Source: Thermodesulfobacteriota bacterium
GTDB lineage: Bacteria > Desulfobacterota_D > UBA1144
Length of the DNA stretch: 64,000 bases
Reading direction: 5' to 3'
Assembly: GCA_036340075.1 (NCBI GenBank)
Contig: JAYYZJ010000004.1
Location: 8,614-72,613, forward strand
Both the position numbers and the translations under genes were made by a program. Below are positions 62,348 through 64,000 of the stretch, piece by piece (position 1 is the first letter of the stretch; the number at the start of each line of letters is the position of its first letter). The notes below the pieces were generated by a model, which had not been told where the DNA came from, searched no databases, and saw nothing but the letters and a program-made list of their open reading frames with translations.

Positions 62348-62965
62348 ATGAAAATACCTATTTATTGGGCTAAAGCGAAGCAGCATTTATCTAAAAAAGA
62401 TAAGAGGCTTTCAAAAATTATTCAAAGCCATCAAGGAGCTTTATCAACAAGGAATAATCCTTTTTATTCCTTATGTAAATCTATAGTCGGACAACAAATA
62501 TCAGTACAAGCAGCTGATTCTGTTTGGAATAAGTTAAGTAAGAAATGTAAAAGAATCTCTCCAAATCGAATAAATGAATTAAAGAAGACTGAATTATTAC
62601 AATGCGGTCTATCAAGACAAAAAGTTGAATACATTAGACTTTTATCTAAAAACTTTTTAAATAAAAAATTTAGTATTTCTAAATTAAAAAAAATGAATGA
62701 TCAAGATGCAATTAAATATCTTTGCACAAATAAAGGCATTGGTGTATGGACTGCGGAAATGTTTTTAATGTTTAATCAAAATAGACCTAATATTTTTCCA
62801 GAACAAGATATTGGACTATTAAAAGCAATATCAAAGAATTATAAAACTGATTATCCTCCAACTAAAGAACAACTAAAAAGGTTTAAGAAAAAATGGGAAC
62901 CTTATTGCAGTGTTGCGACTTGGTATTTATGGAGAAGTATAGACCCTGTTGCAGTTGAATATTAA
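62348..62965 (+). CDS. alkA: DNA-3-methyladenine glycosylase II family
   Basis: SIVGQQISV.AA, GLSRQK, KGIGVWTAEMFLMF HhH, D.G, W.PY.SVATWYLW. Confidence 0.88.
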   Translation: MKIPIYWAKAKQHLSKKDKRLSKIIQSHQGALSTRNNPFYSLCKSIVGQQISVQAADSVWNKLSKKCKRISPNRINELKKTELLQCGLSRQKVEYIRLLSKNFLNKKFSISKLKKMNDQDAIKYLCTNKGIGVWTAEMFLMFNQNRPNIFPEQDIGLLKAISKNYKTDYPPTKEQLKRFKKKWEPYCSVATWYLWRSIDPVAVEY

Positions 62966-62986
62966 TCCAATAGTTATTATTTTCTT

Positions 62987-63223
62987 TTAAAGTTTTTTAT
63001 GAGAACCATCGCACAAGGCTTCATTGGATGTATTTTTACAACCACAAAAATATACCTTTTTGCTTTCTTGTGCTTCAAATTTTATTGGCGAGAAATCTGT
63101 ACCTTTGTGAGAGCCATTACAAAAAGGTTGATTATCACTAAGACCACAAGTGCAGTAATAATAAGTTTTACCACTTTCTACTTCTACCGCAAAAGGAGAT
63201 TTTTGAACAATTTTTGCTTCCAT
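62987..63223 (-). CDS. CDGSH iron-sulfur domain protein with two motifs
   Basis: CTCGLS..QPFCNGSH and CGCK.T....CDGSH. Confidence 0.9.
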   Translation of the reverse strand: MEAKIVQKSPFAVEVESGKTYYYCTCGLSDNQPFCNGSHKGTDFSPIKFEAQESKKVYFCGCKNTSNEALCDGSHKKL

Positions 63224-63260
63224 AATTAATTGTAGCAAATTTTTAAAAAGAATACCTCCT

Positions 63261-63854
63261 CTATTGTTTTACGAATCCTCTTTCATTCCATTCACATACA
63301 AACCCTGAGTTATCTGGCTTATAGCACATACCTTTTCCAAACATTTTTCCATTTTTAAAACCACCTTCGTATCTAGCGCCATCAGGAAAAGTAAAAACTC
63401 CTTTCCCATGAAATTGATCATCTTTTGATTGTCCTTCATATTTGATTCCATCTGGATGTGTATAAGTTCCATACCCATTTCTTTTTCCATTTTTAAATGT
63501 GCCTATATATATTCCTCCATCCATATAATTAAAAGTTCCTTTCCCGTGTTTTCTTCCGTTTTTGAATGTTCCTTTATAATTAGCTCCAGTTGAATATGTA
63601 TACTTCCCCATTCCATTAGCAATATTATTTTCCCACTCACCTATATATTTATCTCCGTTGATAGCTATAAATGATCCTTTACCATGTCTTTTACCATTCT
63701 TGTATTCACCTATATATTTATCACCATTTTTAAATGTAAAAGTTCCTTCGCAATTATTCCACTTCTTATAATCATCCCCTTTACACTTAGGTAAAGAATA
63801 TGAGTTAAGTGCAAATAAAAAGAAAAATAAGAGAAATAGATTTAATGTTCTCAT
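63261..63854 (-). CDS. Secreted MORN-repeat protein
   Basis: Signal peptide, LPKC..WNNC cap, about 6 MORN repeats. Confidence 0.9.
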   Translation of the reverse strand: MRTLNLFLLFFFLFALNSYSLPKCKGDDYKKWNNCEGTFTFKNGDKYIGEYKNGKRHGKGSFIAINGDKYIGEWENNIANGMGKYTYSTGANYKGTFKNGRKHGKGTFNYMDGGIYIGTFKNGKRNGYGTYTHPDGIKYEGQSKDDQFHGKGVFTFPDGARYEGGFKNGKMFGKGMCYKPDNSGFVCEWNERGFVKQ

Positions 63855-63896
63855 AAGATAATTGTATCAAAAATGTGAGTTTTTAGGGAAAAAGTA

Positions 63897-64000
63897 TTAC
63901 TCCCATTCTATTGTGCTAGGTGGCTTGTTTGAAATATCAAAGACAACTTTATTAATACCCTTAACATTATTAATAATTTCAGAAGATATTAAATCTAAAA
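63897..64000 (-). CDS. guaA: GMP synthase, C-terminal end (partial)
   Basis: Minus strand reads [33 protein letters not shown]. Confidence 0.92.
   Translation of the reverse strand, partial: LDLISSEIINNVKGINKVVFDISNKPPSTIEWE

Noticed and set aside
61287..63854. Periodic repeats considered as a CRISPR array or DGR template/variable repeats
   Set aside because: The 69-bp period is protein-coding MORN; there are no unique spacers, cas genes or reverse transcriptase.

Overview
64 kb of a compact, AT-rich (roughly 30% GC by eye) bacterial chromosome made mostly of housekeeping genes with very short intergenic spaces. Several gene blocks have deltaproteobacterial-type order: glyA-nrdR; rpsU-dnaG-rpoD; rpoN-ptsN-hprK-EIIA; tRNA-Leu-tig-clpP-clpX-lon-tRNA-Val-tRNA-Asp; ilvB-ilvN-ilvC-psd-pssA; nnr-tsaE-lysC-cimA. 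Together with the streamlining this suggests a marine Desulfobacterota-like lineage such as Dadabacteria (inference, not tested). The window has six tRNAs (none encodes CCA), a lone 5S rRNA with its own promoter, and a small accessory block 3' of guaA (three MORN-repeat genes, AlkA, CDGSH, and three tiled membrane microproteins). I saw no CRISPR array, integrase, transposase or phage gene. The best leads are: (1) a 'half-dead' AHAS large subunit with an intact N-terminal catalytic domain but eroded FAD and ThDP-diphosphate domains, which predicts a heteromeric enzyme with a partner encoded elsewhere; (2) ClpP with Asn at the catalytic Asp; (3) an unlinked 5S rRNA apparently reading into purN; (4) many apparently leaderless start codons; (5) the microprotein/MORN block. 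All calls come from motif recognition by eye; no database searches were run.
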